From Buchnera aphidicola (Neophyllaphis podocarpi) (GTDB lineage Bacteria > Pseudomonadota > Gammaproteobacteria > Enterobacterales > Enterobacteriaceae), in assembly GCF_964059055.1 (NCBI RefSeq), contig NZ_OZ060386.1, positions 180,001 through 212,000 on the forward strand: DNA of 32,000 nt, read 5' to 3'. Both the position numbers and the translations under genes were made by a program. Below the pieces are notes generated by a model that was given only the letters and a program-made list of their open reading frames with translations, was not told the DNA's origin and did not search any database. Below, in pieces: positions 1-8,040 of this stretch (the stretch's first letter is position 1; the number at the start of each line of letters is the position of its first letter).

Positions 1-72
1 GTTAACTATATCACCATTTTCTAAAATTGCATCTGCATTAAAATCTGGCGCTTTATTAGTTACTAGTGTCAT
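1..72 (-). CDS. ahpC: 2-Cys peroxiredoxin (AhpC/Tsa family); N-terminal 24 codons only, gene continues past the window start
   Basis: The reverse complement of 1-72 reads MTLVTNKAPDFNADAILENGDIVN. This resembles the LVTxxAPDFxAxAvL N-terminus of AhpC/Tsa peroxiredoxins. The catalytic Cys lies outside the window. Confidence 0.6.
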   Translation of the reverse strand, partial: MTLVTNKAPDFNADAILENGDIVN

Positions 73-231
73 TTTTGCTCCATATTTCAGTTTTATATAA
101 GTTTAATTATAATAAATATATTATTTCATATTTTTAAAATTTTTTAAAATAAAAAATTTTTGATATTTTTTAATATTTGATTTAAAATATTTCTCATAAC
201 TAAAATATAGCATAACTTTATTATGTATAAA

Positions 232-896
232 ATGAAGAATTTTACTTGGAAAAAATTACTACAACCAGAAAAAAAAAAAAATATTTCAATGAAATTATTA
301 ATTTTATAAATTTAGAAAAAAAGCATAAGATAATTTATCCTCCTAATCATAAAATATTTTATTTTTTAAAGATAACTGAATTTTATAGAGTAAAAGTTGT
401 AATAATAGGTCAAGATCCTTATTATCAAACAAATCAAGCTAACGGCCTAGCTTTTTCTGTACCTAAGGGAATTAAAATTCCTCCTTCTTTAATTAATATA
501 TATAAAGAATTAAGTAACGATATTCTTGGATGGAAATTTCCTAATCATGGATGTTTATATAAATGGGCTATTCAAGGTGTTTTTTTATTAAATACTATTT
601 TGACAGTTGAACATGGAAAACCTTTTTCACATTCAAATGTAGGATGGAATTTTTTTACAGATTATATAATTAGTTTGATAAATAAACATTTAACTGGAAT
701 AATATTTTTGCTTTGGGGATCTAAAGCTCAAAAAAAAGTTAATTTAATAGATTCTAATAAGCATTATATTTTAAAATCTTCTCATCCTTCACCGTTAGCA
801 GCTCACCGTGGATTTTTTGGATGTAAGCATTTTTCTAAAGTTAATAAGATATTACTTTTAAATAATCAAAAAAAAATTGATTGGTCATTAATTTAA
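232..896 (+). CDS. ung: uracil-DNA glycosylase, frame-disrupted in an A13 tract (in-frame body 246-896 from TTG; ancestral ATG at 232)
   Basis: The body carries the GQDPY and HPSPLAAHRGFFGC motifs and is collinear with E. coli Ung. ATG 232 encodes MKNFTWKKLLQPEKKK, which matches E. coli ...ELTWHDVLAEEKQQ but lies in a different frame. Confidence 0.9.
269..281 (+). repeat. A13 homopolymer at the ung frameshift site
   Basis: Counted directly: g at 268, A at 269-281, t at 282. Confidence 0.95.
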
Positions 897-929
897 TATA
901 ATAATTTAAATTATTATATTAAATTAATG
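886..929. terminator. 44-nt perfect palindrome between convergent ung and grpE (candidate bidirectional terminator)
   Basis: cattaatttaatataataattt / aaattattatattaaattaatg. All 22 pairs were checked base by base. It overlaps the last ung codons and ends 7 nt before the grpE stop. Confidence 0.5.
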
Positions 930-935
930 TTATGG

Positions 936-1622
936 CTATTTATTATCAGAATAATTTTTATTCATAGAAACTTCTACATGAGCTTTTCGTATCACTTTAT
1001 TTTTTATAATATATCCTTTTTTTATTACATTAATAATAAAATTATTTGGAATTATTTTAGATTTTGAAAATAATATAGGTTTATGAATATTTTTGTTATA
1101 TATAACATTTTTTTTATTTTCTATTTGAACTCCTAATTTGATTATGTTATCTATTAAAGATTTATATATCAACAAAATACCTTCAGTTTTATATTTTAAA
1201 GTATTATTATTTTTTTCAGTAAAATAATTTATTGTTTTTTCAAAAACATCTAAAAAATTTATTATTTTTTTTATGAATTTTTCAAAAATAATATTTTTTA
1301 TGTTTTTTACATTTTTTTTTGCTTTATTTTTAATATTTATTATTTCTGCTTGAGATCTTAATCTTATTTCTTTAATTTTATTTTCTATATTTTTAATTTT
1401 TTCTTCCAATTCGACTATTTCATCTGTTATAACATTTTCTTTTTCATCTGTTATAACATTTTCTTTTTCATCTGTTATAACATTTTCTTTTTCATCTGTT
1501 ATAACATTTTCTTTTTCATCTGTTATAACATTTTCTTTTTCATCTGTTATAACATTTTCTTTTTCATCTGTTATAACATTTTCTTTTTCATCTGTTATAA
1601 CATTTTCTTTATTTTTTTTCAT
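936..1622 (-). CDS. grpE: nucleotide exchange factor GrpE with an expanded N-terminal repeat
   Basis: It has the coiled-coil region and the C-terminal KKGY..N..IRKA.V.V pattern typical of GrpE. Its position between ung and nadK fits E. coli/Buchnera synteny. Confidence 0.85.
   Translation of the reverse strand: MKKNKENVITDEKENVITDEKENVITDEKENVITDEKENVITDEKENVITDEKENVITDEKENVITDEIVELEEKIKNIENKIKEIRLRSQAEIINIKNKAKKNVKNIKNIIFEKFIKKIINFLDVFEKTINYFTEKNNNTLKYKTEGILLIYKSLIDNIIKLGVQIENKKNVIYNKNIHKPILFSKSKIIPNNFIINVIKKGYIIKNKVIRKAHVEVSMNKNYSDNK
1421..1612 (-). repeat. perfect tandem repeat, 24 bp x 8, in frame within grpE (encodes KENVITDE x 8)
   Basis: The unit catctgttataacattttcttttt starts at 1421, 1445, 1469, 1493, 1517, 1541, 1565 and 1589. 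The last copy diverges only in its final 2 nt. Confidence 0.97.
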
Positions 1623-1662
1623 TTAATTTTTACTGATTTATAAATTATTAGTATTTAATCTA

Positions 1663-1691
1663 TTATAAAGATTCATAATTCTGCTTGCAAG
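1663..1691 (-). promoter_or_regulatory. candidate sigma-32-like promoter for grpE
   Basis: The minus strand reads CTTGCAA-N14-CTTTATAA, against the consensus CTTGAAA-N13-15-CCCCATNT, about 40 nt upstream of the grpE ATG. The -10 match is weak and the background is AT-rich. Confidence 0.25.
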
Positions 1692-1730
1692 AGAATGATT
1701 TGTATAATTTTGTATAAGGATTTTAATTTA

Positions 1731-2612
1731 ATGAAGAAATACTTTAAACGTATTGGTATAATTGGTCACCCCAGATATTCTAGTTCATTTATTACACATG
1801 AAATAATTTTTAATTGGTTGCTAACTAATAATTATGATGTTGTAGTAGAGTCTAAAATATCTAAATTTATTAAAATTAATAAACCTAATACTGGTTCTAT
1901 TAGTAATATTGGTCAATATTGTGATTTAGCTATAGTTATAGGAGGAGATGGAAATATGTTACATGCTGCGCGTATTCTTTCTTCTTATGATATAAAAGTT
2001 ATTGGTATTAATAGAGGTAATTTGGGATTCTTAACAGATTTAAATCCAAATACAGCTTTAAATCAATTACAATATGTTTTAACAGGAAATTTTACAATAG
2101 AAAATCGTTTTTTACTTGAAGTAGAAGTTATCAAACATAATTCTAGTTTTCATTTAAATACAGCTGTAAATGAAGTTATTTTACATCCTAAAAAGTTAGC
2201 TCATATGATTAATTTTAAAGTTTATATTGATAATATTTTTGCATTTTATCAGAGATCTGATGGTTTGATTATTTCTACACCTACTGGGTCTACTGGATAT
2301 GCATTATCAGCTGGAGGTCCTATAATTTCAACATCTTTAGAAGCAATAGTTTTGATTCCAATGTTTCCTCATACATTGACCGCTCGTCCATTAGTTATTA
2401 GCAATAATAGTATTATTTGTTTTGAATATTTGGACAAAATTCATAAATTGAAAATTAGTTGTGATGGTAAAATAGTTTTTTCTATATGTAGTTTTGATAC
2501 TATAACTATCAAAAAAAGTAAATATTATTTGAATTTAATACATCCTAATAATTACAATTATTTTGAAACTTTAAATTCTAAATTAAATTGGTCTACGAAA
2601 TTTTTTAAGTGA
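1731..2612 (+). CDS. nadK: NAD kinase
   Basis: MKKYFKRIGIIGHPR aligns with E. coli MNNHFKCIGIVGHPR. The GGDGNML and NRGNLGFLTDL motifs are present. I prefer ATG 1731 over the track start at 1695. Confidence 0.92.
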   Translation: MKKYFKRIGIIGHPRYSSSFITHEIIFNWLLTNNYDVVVESKISKFIKINKPNTGSISNIGQYCDLAIVIGGDGNMLHAARILSSYDIKVIGINRGNLGFLTDLNPNTALNQLQYVLTGNFTIENRFLLEVEVIKHNSSFHLNTAVNEVILHPKKLAHMINFKVYIDNIFAFYQRSDGLIISTPTGSTGYALSAGGPIISTSLEAIVLIPMFPHTLTARPLVISNNSIICFEYLDKIHKLKISCDGKIVFSICSFDTITIKKSKYYLNLIHPNNYNYFETLNSKLNWSTKFFK

Positions 2613-2619
2613 TTTTATA

Positions 2620-2980
2620 TGGAGCTGGCGGGATTCGAACCCGCGTCCAAAATTTTAAATTATTAAAGTTTCTACATGCTTAGTCTATATTTTTTATTTA
2701 ATTAGTTTTATTTTTATAGACAAAAATAAAACTATTTGCTTGTTTTTATTTATCATTTGAGTTTCAAGCTTACTACAAATGTTTTCTCTTTATTTATGAC
2801 TTTCTATTATTTACTTAAAGAGTAAAGTAAGTTAGAAAGGCTTTTGACAGTTTTTTAAGCTGCTAGAGCGTATTTTTCTTGTTTTGCTTTTATATTTAAT
2901 TTCGGTTTTTAGCGAGGCAAACCGTTCCTCGGCATGAGCTTTAATTTTTAATTATTTTGTCGAATCCAAAAATCAGCCCC
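2620..2980 (-). ncRNA. ssrA: tmRNA (SsrA)
   Basis: The 5' end is GGGGCTGATTTTTGGATTCGAC (reverse complement of 2959-2980). The 3' tRNA-like end is GGACGCGGGTTCGAATCCCGCCAGCTCCA (reverse complement of 2620-2648). An internal tag frame at 2855-2887 reads GCA AAA CAA GAA AAA TAC GCT CTA GCA GCT TAA = AKQEKYALAA*. Confidence 0.95.
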
Positions 2981-3077
2981 TAAATGATATTTGTAATTAA
3001 AAATTGTATTAATAATAAATTATATTATAATTAGTTTTTTATTTCAATATTTTTTAATTTTATTATGGAATATTTAT

Positions 3078-3386
3078 ATGAATACGTTGGAGAAAATCAA
3101 AAAACAAATTTCTGATAATCCTATAATAATTTATATGAAAGGATCTCCAGAAAATCCCAGTTGTGGTTATTCAGCTCAAGCTGTTCAAGCTTTATCTTCT
3201 TGTGGTAAACGTTTTGCTTATGTTGATATTCTAAATAATTTAGATATTCGTAAGGAATTACCTAAATTTTCTAATTGGCCTACTTTTCCTCAAATTTGGA
3301 TTAATGGAAAATTAATAGGAGGATGTAATATTATTATTGAAATGTTAAAGGAAGGTAAATTACAGAAATTAATAAATAATGCATGA
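3078..3386 (+). CDS. grxD: monothiol glutaredoxin (Grx4 family)
   Basis: It is collinear with E. coli GrxD, for example YMKGSP..PSCG[YF]SAQAVQAL and WPTFPQ.W..G.L.GGC. Confidence 0.92.
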   Translation: MNTLEKIKKQISDNPIIIYMKGSPENPSCGYSAQAVQALSSCGKRFAYVDILNNLDIRKELPKFSNWPTFPQIWINGKLIGGCNIIIEMLKEGKLQKLINNA

Positions 3387-3430
3387 TTAACTGGTCATTG
3401 TTAATATAAACATATTTTTCATTAGATATT

Positions 3431-3450
3431 GTCTTCTTTTTTAAGAAGAC
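3431..3450. terminator. hairpin between convergent grxD and rnt
   Basis: gtcttctt-tttt-aagaagac: an 8-bp stem with a 4-nt loop. Confidence 0.5.
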
Positions 3451-3469
3451 TTTATCATTTTTATATTTT

Positions 3470-4117
3470 TTATTTTCTTTTTTTTGTTTTTGGAGGCCAT
3501 CCACCTAATGTTTTCCATTTATTAACTATCTCGCAGAATAAGTTTGCTGTTTGTAATGTATCATATAAAGCAGAATGAGCTTGGTTATTATCAAATGTAA
3601 TTCCAATAGATTTACATGCTTTGGCTAGTACTGTTTGACCTACTACTAATCCACTCAAAGATGCAGTATCGAATGTTGCAAAAGTATGAAATGGACTTTT
3701 AATCCCAGATCTTTTACTAGCGGCCATTATAAAACTATGATCAAAACTGGCATTATGAGCTACTATTATAGCTTTACTGCAATTATTTTTTTTAATACCT
3801 TCTTGCACTAAATTAAAAATATTTTTTATTGCTTTATATTCACTTATTGCTCCTCTTAATGGATTAAAAGGATCTATTTGATTAAATTCAATTGATTCTT
3901 CTCTTATTATAGAACCCTTAAAAGGTTTTATGTGAAAATGCAATTTATTTTCTTTTTTAATCCATCCTGATTTATCCATATTTAATGTTATAACTCCAAT
4001 TTCTAATATTGCATCAGTTTGTGCATTGAATCCTCCCGTTTCTAAATCTATAACTACTGGATAAAAACTTCTGAATCTATTTTTAATTAAGTTAAATTTT
4101 TCTTGATTTATAGACAT
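3470..4117 (-). CDS. rnt: ribonuclease T
   Basis: DEDDh exonuclease motifs [19 protein letters not shown] and HSALYD are present. It is collinear with E. coli Rnt. Confidence 0.93.
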   Translation of the reverse strand: MSINQEKFNLIKNRFRSFYPVVIDLETGGFNAQTDAILEIGVITLNMDKSGWIKKENKLHFHIKPFKGSIIREESIEFNQIDPFNPLRGAISEYKAIKNIFNLVQEGIKKNNCSKAIIVAHNASFDHSFIMAASKRSGIKSPFHTFATFDTASLSGLVVGQTVLAKACKSIGITFDNNQAHSALYDTLQTANLFCEIVNKWKTLGGWPPKTKKRK

Positions 4118-4237
4118 TAGATTCTCATTTAAAAATTAGAAATACTTTAATTGCTGTAAATATATTATATTATATAGTGAATTAATTTTAATATTAACAT
4201 ATAATTATTTTTATACAATAAAACCTGGATTGAAAAT

Positions 4238-4858
4238 ATGAGTTATATTTTACCTAAATTAGATTATGCATACGATGATTTTGAAACTTATATAGATAAA
4301 AAAACTATGTTTATTCATCATACTAAACATCATCAATCTTATATAGATAATACAAATAAAGTTTTGAAAGATTTAGGATTATCTGAAGTTTCCGTAGAAA
4401 ATTTAGTTGTTAATTTAGATAAATTTGAAAAAGATAAAAAAAACTTTTTAAGGAATAACGCAGGAGGTCACTTAAATCATACATTATTTTGGAAAGGATT
4501 AAAATTAGGTTCTAATTTAAAAGGCAAGCTCAAAAATTCTATCGAAAATAATTTTAGTACGATAGATAATTTTAAGCAGCAATTTGAAAAAGTTTCTATG
4601 AATCATTTTGGGTCTGGCTGGGTATGGTTAGTTAAGAATAGTAATAATTTAAATATAATTTCTACTTCTAATCAAGATAATCCTTTAATGATAAAAAATA
4701 TTAAAAATAATATTTTTAATTTTCCTATATTTGGTATTGATATTTGGGAACATGCCTATTATTTAAAATATCAAAACAGAAAATTAGATTATATAAAATC
4801 TGTATGGAATTTAATTAATTGGGATGAAGCATCAGTTCGTTTTTTAAATAGTGATTAA
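4238..4858 (+). CDS. sodA: Mn superoxide dismutase
   Basis: MSYILPKLDYAYD, HHTKHHQSY and DIWEHAYYLKYQNR are all present. Confidence 0.95.
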   Translation: MSYILPKLDYAYDDFETYIDKKTMFIHHTKHHQSYIDNTNKVLKDLGLSEVSVENLVVNLDKFEKDKKNFLRNNAGGHLNHTLFWKGLKLGSNLKGKLKNSIENNFSTIDNFKQQFEKVSMNHFGSGWVWLVKNSNNLNIISTSNQDNPLMIKNIKNNIFNFPIFGIDIWEHAYYLKYQNRKLDYIKSVWNLINWDEASVRFLNSD

Positions 4859-4865
4859 ATTATAA

Positions 4866-4912
4866 TTTTCAGTAATACTTCAAATTAAAAAGTATTACTG
4901 AAAATATTTTTT
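4866..4912 (+). terminator. intrinsic terminator after sodA
   Basis: A 15-bp stem ttttcagtaatactt (4866-4880) / aagtattactgaaaa (4890-4904) with a 9-nt loop, followed by tatttttt. Confidence 0.7.
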
Positions 4913-4954
4913 AAAAGTAATTTCTTTTTAAGTATTATAAAAGGATTCAAAAAT

Positions 4955-5529
4955 TTGAATATTATAAAGATGATTGTTGGTTTAGCTAATCCTATAATAG
5001 ATTATAATCATACTCGTCACAATATTGGAGCTTGGTATATAAATAAATTTGCTAAATATCATAATAAAATTATGATTGAAAAAAAAAATTTTATTGTTAT
5101 TTATCAAAATTAAAAATATCCAATTCAATTATTAAAATAATTATTCCTAATACTTTTATAAATTTAAGCGGTAAATCAGTTTCTTGTATTTCTAATTTTT
5201 ATAATATAGAAACAAAAAATATTCTAATAGTACATGACGATTTAAATTTATCTCCTGGAAAGATTAAAATTAGATATGGTATAAGTCATGGTGGTCATAA
5301 TGGTATTAAAAGTATAATTAATAATATGAAATTCAAGTCTAATTTTTATAGGTTAAGTATAGGAATAGGACGTCCAAAATATAAAAAAGATGTTATATCT
5401 TTTGTATTAAATAAGCCAACTTTAGAAGAAAAAAAATTAATTCTAAAATCTATCAATGATGCAATATATATCACAAATCTGTGGATTAAAAACGATTTTG
5501 ATTCTATAAAATCTTATTTTAATAGTTAA
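4955..5529 (+). pseudogene. pth: peptidyl-tRNA hydrolase, split by a frameshift in an A10 tract; both halves otherwise intact, so it may be rescued at the RNA level
   Basis: TTG 4955 has an AAGGA Shine-Dalgarno 9 nt upstream. It encodes [27 protein letters not shown]... and stops at 5111. The next frame, from 5089, encodes [31 protein letters not shown]...HDDLNL...HGGHNGIKS... through to 5529. Both parts are collinear with E. coli Pth. Confidence 0.9.
5079..5088 (+). repeat. A10 homopolymer at the pth frameshift site
   Basis: Counted directly: g at 5078, A at 5079-5088, t at 5089. Confidence 0.95.
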
Positions 5530-5597
5530 ATATTTGTTTAAATTAATTTATTTAGATAGATAGCAATATTTTTATATTTTAAAGGACATTAATAAAT

Positions 5598-6692
5598 ATG
5601 AGTTTTAAATGCGCATTAATAGGATTGCCTAATGTTGGTAAATCTACTTTATTTAACTCTTTAACAAATTCATCAGTATCTTCAGATAATTTTCCTTTTT
5701 GTACAATTAATCCTAATGTAGGTATAGTATCATATCACGATAAACGTTTATATAATATTGCTAAAATTGTATGTCCTCAAAAAGTCTCTCCTTCCTCTAT
5801 AGAATTTGTTGATGTTGCTGGTTTAGTAAAAGGAGCTCATAAAGGTGAAGGATTAGGAAATAAATTTTTAAATAATATTAGAGAAACAGATGCTTTAATA
5901 CATGTAGTTCGTTGTTTTACTGATAAAAAAATATTACATGTATCAGGAAAAATAGATCCTATTAGCGATATAGAAACAGTAAATTTAGAGTTAATATTTT
6001 CTGATATAGAACGTTGTAAAAAATTTTTATCTAAGAGACATGTACATTCATCAAATAAATTTTCTAACTCTTTAGAAACCAATGTTTTAACTAAATGTTT
6101 ACTGCATTTAGAAAAATTTAATATGTTGAAAAATTTTATTTTTACTAATGAAGAAAATAATATTTTAAAGCAGTTTAACTTTTTAACTATAAAACCTTTA
6201 ATGTATGTTGTTAATATGAATGAACATGATTTTCTTAAAGAAAACTCATTATTTAATGAAATTTTGCTTATAGCTAAAAAAAATAATATCTCAGTTATTC
6301 CTTTATGTTTTACTCTTGAATTTGATATATCAAAAATGAAATTATTAAAAGAGCGCAGAGAATTTATTAAAGATTTAAACATTAAAGAACAAGGATTGAA
6401 TAAAGTTATTAGAGAAGGTTATAAAATGTTAAATTTATTTACTTATTTTACAATGGGCAAAAAAGAAGTTAAAGCATGGACTATAACAAAAGGTATGACT
6501 GCTCCTGAAGCTGCATCAAAAATTCATAGTGATCTCAAGAAAGGTTTTATTCGCGCTAAAGTAATTTCTTATCTTGATTTTATCTCTTATAAAAGTGAAA
6601 TAAAATTAAAAAAACTTGGCAAAGTTTATACTCAAGGTAAAAATTATATTGTGCAAGATGGAGATATAATTAATTTTTTATTTAATATTTAG
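5598..6692 (+). CDS. ychF: ribosome-binding ATPase YchF
   Basis: The GLPNVGKSTLFN P-loop, DVAGLVKGA, and a C-terminus ending ..DGD..NFLFN. are present. An AAGGA Shine-Dalgarno sequence sits at 5582-5586. Confidence 0.93.
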   Translation: MSFKCALIGLPNVGKSTLFNSLTNSSVSSDNFPFCTINPNVGIVSYHDKRLYNIAKIVCPQKVSPSSIEFVDVAGLVKGAHKGEGLGNKFLNNIRETDALIHVVRCFTDKKILHVSGKIDPISDIETVNLELIFSDIERCKKFLSKRHVHSSNKFSNSLETNVLTKCLLHLEKFNMLKNFIFTNEENNILKQFNFLTIKPLMYVVNMNEHDFLKENSLFNEILLIAKKNNISVIPLCFTLEFDISKMKLLKERREFIKDLNIKEQGLNKVIREGYKMLNLFTYFTMGKKEVKAWTITKGMTAPEAASKIHSDLKKGFIRAKVISYLDFISYKSEIKLKKLGKVYTQGKNYIVQDGDIINFLFNI

Positions 6693-6701
6693 TTTATTTA
6701 G

Positions 6702-6735
6702 AGAAATACAAAACTTTTATTTGTTTTGTATTTCT
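6702..6735. terminator. hairpin between convergent ychF and thrC
   Basis: agaaatacaaaac (6702-6714) / gttttgtatttct (6723-6735): a 13-bp stem with an 8-nt loop. Confidence 0.6.
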
Positions 6736-6750
6736 AATTGATTAAATAAA

Positions 6751-8040
6751 TTATTTTTCTAATAAAAACATACGTAATTTTTTAAAATCTGGTTTCATAT
6801 TATATGATAGTAATGGAATATTTTTTATTTTTTCTAGTTCTTTTGGTAAATTAATTTTTTTATTTATTATGTTTTCTACAGTATTTTTAAATTTTGCCGG
6901 ATGAGCTGTTCCTAAAAATAATCCAAACTCATCTTTTTTTATTTGATCTTTCAATAATCTATATGCAATTGCTGCATGAGGCTCAGAAATGTATCCTATA
7001 TTTGATAGTTCAATTATAGTTTTTTTTGTTAATTTTTCAGATACACTTCCAAATCCTAATCTTTTTAAGTCCCACTTGTTTCTTTTAAATAATTCTTCTA
7101 CTCTTGGCCAATTATTTGGTTGACTTATATCCATAGCATTAGATATAGTAGAAATAGTTTTTTTTGGTTCCCACTTTCCATTTAAAAGAAATCTTGGTAC
7201 TGTATCATTAATATTTGTAGAAGCTATAAATGACTTTATTGGTAATCCTATAGATTTAGCTAGTAATCCTGCAGTTAAATCTCCAAAATTACCACATGGT
7301 ATAGAGATAACTAATTTTTTTCTTTTTTCTTCAGATAATAAAGCAAATGCTTCAAAATAATAACATATTTGTGCAAGCAATCTACTGATATTAATTGAAT
7401 TTGCAGAATTTAATCCTGTTACTTTTTTAAGTTCTTCGTCATTAAATGCCTTTTTCACTAAGGATTGACATTCATCAAAACTACCATTGATAGCAATAGT
7501 AATTATATTATTTCCTAAAGTGCAAAATAACTTTTCTTGTAATTCGCTTATTTTTCCTTTTGGATAAAGTATTATAACTTTTACATTTTTCATTCTATAA
7601 AATGCATGAGCTACTGCAGCGCCAGTATCTCCTGATGTAGCTGTTAATATTGTGATTTTTTTGTTTTCTTTATTTAAATGTAATAATATTTGTGACATGA
7701 AACGTGCGCCAAAATCTTTAAATGCTAATGTAGGACCGTGAAATAGTTCAAGACAAGCAATGTTATTTGTTACACTAACAATTTTAGGTTTTGTAAAATT
7801 AAAAGCTTTTTTGATCTTTTCATCTAAAATAGAAAATTTTATTTCATCTCCTATAAAATAATTTAAAATTTTACTACTTCTTTCTATAAAGTTCATTTTT
7901 AATAATTTTGTTAACGTACTTTTACTAAAATTAGGTAATTGCATAGGAAAAAAAAGTCCTTGTTTTTTTCCTAAACCTAATTTTACTGCTTGGGAAAAAT
8001 TTACTATTTCATTTTTATCTTTAAGGTTATAAAGTTTCAT
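6751..8040 (-). CDS. thrC: threonine synthase
   Basis: [11 protein letters not shown] matches E. coli [11 protein letters not shown]. The PLP-lysine motif [10 protein letters not shown] is present. GGAG lies 6 nt upstream of ATG 8040, so I prefer 8040 over the GTG at 8064. Confidence 0.93.
   Translation of the reverse strand: MKLYNLKDKNEIVNFSQAVKLGLGKKQGLFFPMQLPNFSKSTLTKLLKMNFIERSSKILNYFIGDEIKFSILDEKIKKAFNFTKPKIVSVTNNIACLELFHGPTLAFKDFGARFMSQILLHLNKENKKITILTATSGDTGAAVAHAFYRMKNVKVIILYPKGKISELQEKLFCTLGNNIITIAINGSFDECQSLVKKAFNDEELKKVTGLNSANSINISRLLAQICYYFEAFALLSEEKRKKLVISIPCGNFGDLTAGLLAKSIGLPIKSFIASTNINDTVPRFLLNGKWEPKKTISTISNAMDISQPNNWPRVEELFKRNKWDLKRLGFGSVSEKLTKKTIIELSNIGYISEPHAAIAYRLLKDQIKKDEFGLFLGTAHPAKFKNTVENIINKKINLPKELEKIKNIPLLSYNMKPDFKKLRMFLLEK

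Noticed and set aside
1421-1612. Possible CRISPR array because of regularly spaced 24-bp repeats
   Set aside because: The repeats are directly contiguous with no spacers, lie in frame inside grpE, and no cas genes are present.
2620-2700. tRNA gene suggested by the GGTTCGAATCC T-loop and acceptor-like end
   Set aside because: It is the tRNA-like domain of tmRNA. The matching 5' acceptor half (GGGGCTG) lies 360 nt away at 2980, and a tag reading frame lies in between.
5326-5529. 67-aa ORF listed as a stand-alone small protein
   Set aside because: It is simply the C-terminal part of pth, counted from an internal Met. The frame is open upstream as far as 5080.
5837-6382. 181-aa ORF antisense to ychF
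   Set aside because: It lies entirely inside a well-supported gene. Its product is low-complexity (F/L/I/S/K/N-rich), as expected from reading AT-rich codons backwards. It has no recognisable motif, Shine-Dalgarno sequence or promoter. In this antisense frame, stops arise only from a sense codon beginning TA after a T- or C-ending codon, or beginning CA after a T-ending codon, so an occasional long open stretch is expected by chance.
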